DNA from: Rhodothermales bacterium
GTDB lineage: Bacteria; Bacteroidota; Rhodothermia; Rhodothermales; VXPQ01
Reading direction: 5' to 3'
DNA length: 19,203 bases
Assembly (NCBI GenBank): GCA_040904565.1
Contig: JBBDTI010000077.1
Location: forward strand, 1 to 19,203
Part shown: piece by piece, positions 17,539 through 19,203 of the stretch
Numbering within the stretch: the stretch's first letter is position 1
How the letters are laid out: every line of letters starts with the position of its first letter
Notes under the pieces: model-generated
The model's input: the letters and a program-made list of their open reading frames with translations, nothing else
Told to the model about the DNA's origin: nothing
Databases searched by the model: none
Position numbers and translations under genes: made by a program

Positions 17539-19203
17539 GTGACCATCCTTTCCGCCGAATCCATCTCCAAGAGCTACGGCATCACGCCGCTGCTCGTGGA
17601 TCTGTCGTTTAGCCTGGAGGCGAACGGCAAGATGGGTGTGATAGGCAAGAACGGATGCGGCAAGACGACGCTGCTGCGCATCATAGCGGGGGAGGAGACG
17701 AAAGACGGCGGGCGGATCGTGATGCCGTCCGGGACGAAGCTGGCCTACCTGTCCCAGAATCCCGAACTGAATCCGGAGCACACCGTCCTCGATGCCGTCT
17801 TCGATCAGGGCGACGCGTCCCTTCGCCTGCTGCACGACTATGAGGAGGCCGTGCTCGAGCTCGAGGCGTCGGATGGGGCCGACGCGAAATTGATGGACCG
17901 CGTTTCGGAGCTCTCACATCGGCTCGACGTGACCGGCGGATGGGATCTCGAGGCGGACGCCCGCGCCATCCTCGATCGACTCGGACTCACCGACCCCCAG
18001 GCCCGGATCGGCACGTTGTCGGGTGGGGAGCAAAAGCGGGTGGCCATGGCGGCGGCTCTCATCGTCCACCCGGATCTCCTCATTCTCGATGAGCCGACCA
18101 ACCACCTGGATCCGGACACGATCCGTTGGCTCGAAGCGTATCTCGAAGATTATTCCGGCGCGCTGCTGATCGTGACGCACGACCGGTACTTCTTCGACCG
18201 CGTGACCGACCGGATGCTGGAGATCGAGGACGGTTCGGCACGGCAGTTTCAGGGGAATTATACGAGCTATCTCGAGCAGAAGGAGGCGCAGCGGGAGCGA
18301 GAGGCCGCCGTGGCGCAGAAGAAGGAGAGCATGGCCCGACGCGAGCTCGCGTGGCTGCGGAGGGGGCCGAAGGCGCGCACGTCGAAGTCGAAAGCGCGCG
18401 TGGATCGTGCGAAAGAACTGATCTCGGAGACCGGCAACCGCAGGGAGGAGCGTGAGATCGATCTCGACGCGCCGGCGGCGCGGCTCGGAAAAAAGGTGAT
18501 CGAGTTGCGCGGCGTTTCGAAGTCCTTCGACGGTCACGTGTTGATCGAGGGGTTTTCCCACCTCTTCACGCGGGACGATCGCATCGGCATCATCGGGCCG
18601 AACGGCAGCGGAAAGACGACGCTGCTCGAAATGATAGCCGGCCGGTTGGAGCCGGACTCCGGGACGATCGAGCGCGGTACGACCACAGTCATCGGCTATT
18701 ACGATCAGGAGAGCCGGGCGCTCGACGACGAGAAGCGGTTGATTGATTATATCACGGATGTCGCCGAGCACGTCGCCACGGCCGATGGGTCGGTGATCAC
18801 GGCGAGCCAGATGCTCGAGCGGTTTCTGTTTCCCAAGAAGCAGCAGTACACGCCGGTGGGGCTCCTTTCGGGCGGCGAGCGGAGGAGGCTCTACCTCGCA
18901 CGCGTTCTCATGGGAGCGCCGAACGTCCTGCTGCTGGATGAGCCTACGAACGACCTGGATATTCCCACGCTGGTGGCGCTGGAAGCGTACCTCGACACGT
19001 TTCCGGGTTGCCTGATCACGGTGTCGCACGACCGGTATTTTCTGGATCGTACCGTGGAGCATTTGTTTCGGCTGGACGGCAAGGGCACCGTTCGGAAGAT
19101 CCCGGGCAATTACAGCGCCTATCTGGAGCTGCGCGAGCGAGAGGCCGCGGTGAAGACGTCCGAGGAACCTGCGTCCTCCGCCAACGAAGCCGCATCGGAC
19201 CGA
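17539..19203 (+). CDS. uup: ABC-F family ATPase, Uup-like; runs off the right edge
   Basis: Not in the ORF track because it is open at the edge. From GTG 17539 it reads MTILSAESISKSYG. NBD1: GKNGCGKT, LSGGEQKR, LILDEPTNHLD. Linker RELAWLRRGPKARTSKSKAR. NBD2: GPNGSGKT, LSGGERRR, LLDEPTNDLD. Confidence 0.92.
   Translation, partial: MTILSAESISKSYGITPLLVDLSFSLEANGKMGVIGKNGCGKTTLLRIIAGEETKDGGRIVMPSGTKLAYLSQNPELNPEHTVLDAVFDQGDASLRLLHDYEEAVLELEASDGADAKLMDRVSELSHRLDVTGGWDLEADARAILDRLGLTDPQARIGTLSGGEQKRVAMAAALIVHPDLLILDEPTNHLDPDTIRWLEAYLEDYSGALLIVTHDRYFFDRVTDRMLEIEDGSARQFQGNYTSYLEQKEAQREREAAVAQKKESMARRELAWLRRGPKARTSKSKARVDRAKELISETGNRREEREIDLDAPAARLGKKVIELRGVSKSFDGHVLIEGFSHLFTRDDRIGIIGPNGSGKTTLLEMIAGRLEPDSGTIERGTTTVIGYYDQESRALDDEKRLIDYITDVAEHVATADGSVITASQMLERFLFPKKQQYTPVGLLSGGERRRLYLARVLMGAPNVLLLDEPTNDLDIPTLVALEAYLDTFPGCLITVSHDRYFLDRTVEHLFRLDGKGTVRKIPGNYSAYLELREREAAVKTSEEPASSANEAASDR

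Noticed and set aside
17914-19062. 382-aa minus-strand ORF
   Set aside because: Shadow of the plus-strand Uup-like gene, which has complete Walker and signature motifs.

Overview
A GC-rich bacterial chromosomal window. The gene content suggests Rhodothermota or a similar lineage, but this is inference only. No rRNA, tRNA, CRISPR array, transposase or integrase is evident. From left to right it holds: a partial beta-propeller sensor gene (off the left edge), an alpha/beta hydrolase, a divergent family I pyrophosphatase-fold gene, a cyclophilin, a Tat-exported xylose-isomerase-like TIM barrel, a 60-aa orphan with its own RBS and terminator, DUF1080, an LLM monooxygenase, a truncated nucleoside hydrolase fused tail-to-tail with a truncated Rieske ferredoxin, cfa, a PVC-type heme-c CxxCH protein, a 759-aa uncharacterised secreted IPT/Ig-repeat protein, a second DUF1080, a doubly deleted PQQ-type sugar dehydrogenase, an AI-2E transporter and a partial Uup-type ABC-F gene (off the right edge). 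Four things stand out. (1) Exported enzymes that could form an oxidative (3-keto) glycoside-cleavage route around a PVC heme protein and an orphan surface protein. (2) A PPase-fold protein that has lost several substrate-binding residues. (3) Three apparent deletion scars at microhomologies or a hairpin. (4) Short tandem duplications. No new system can be proven from the sequence alone.
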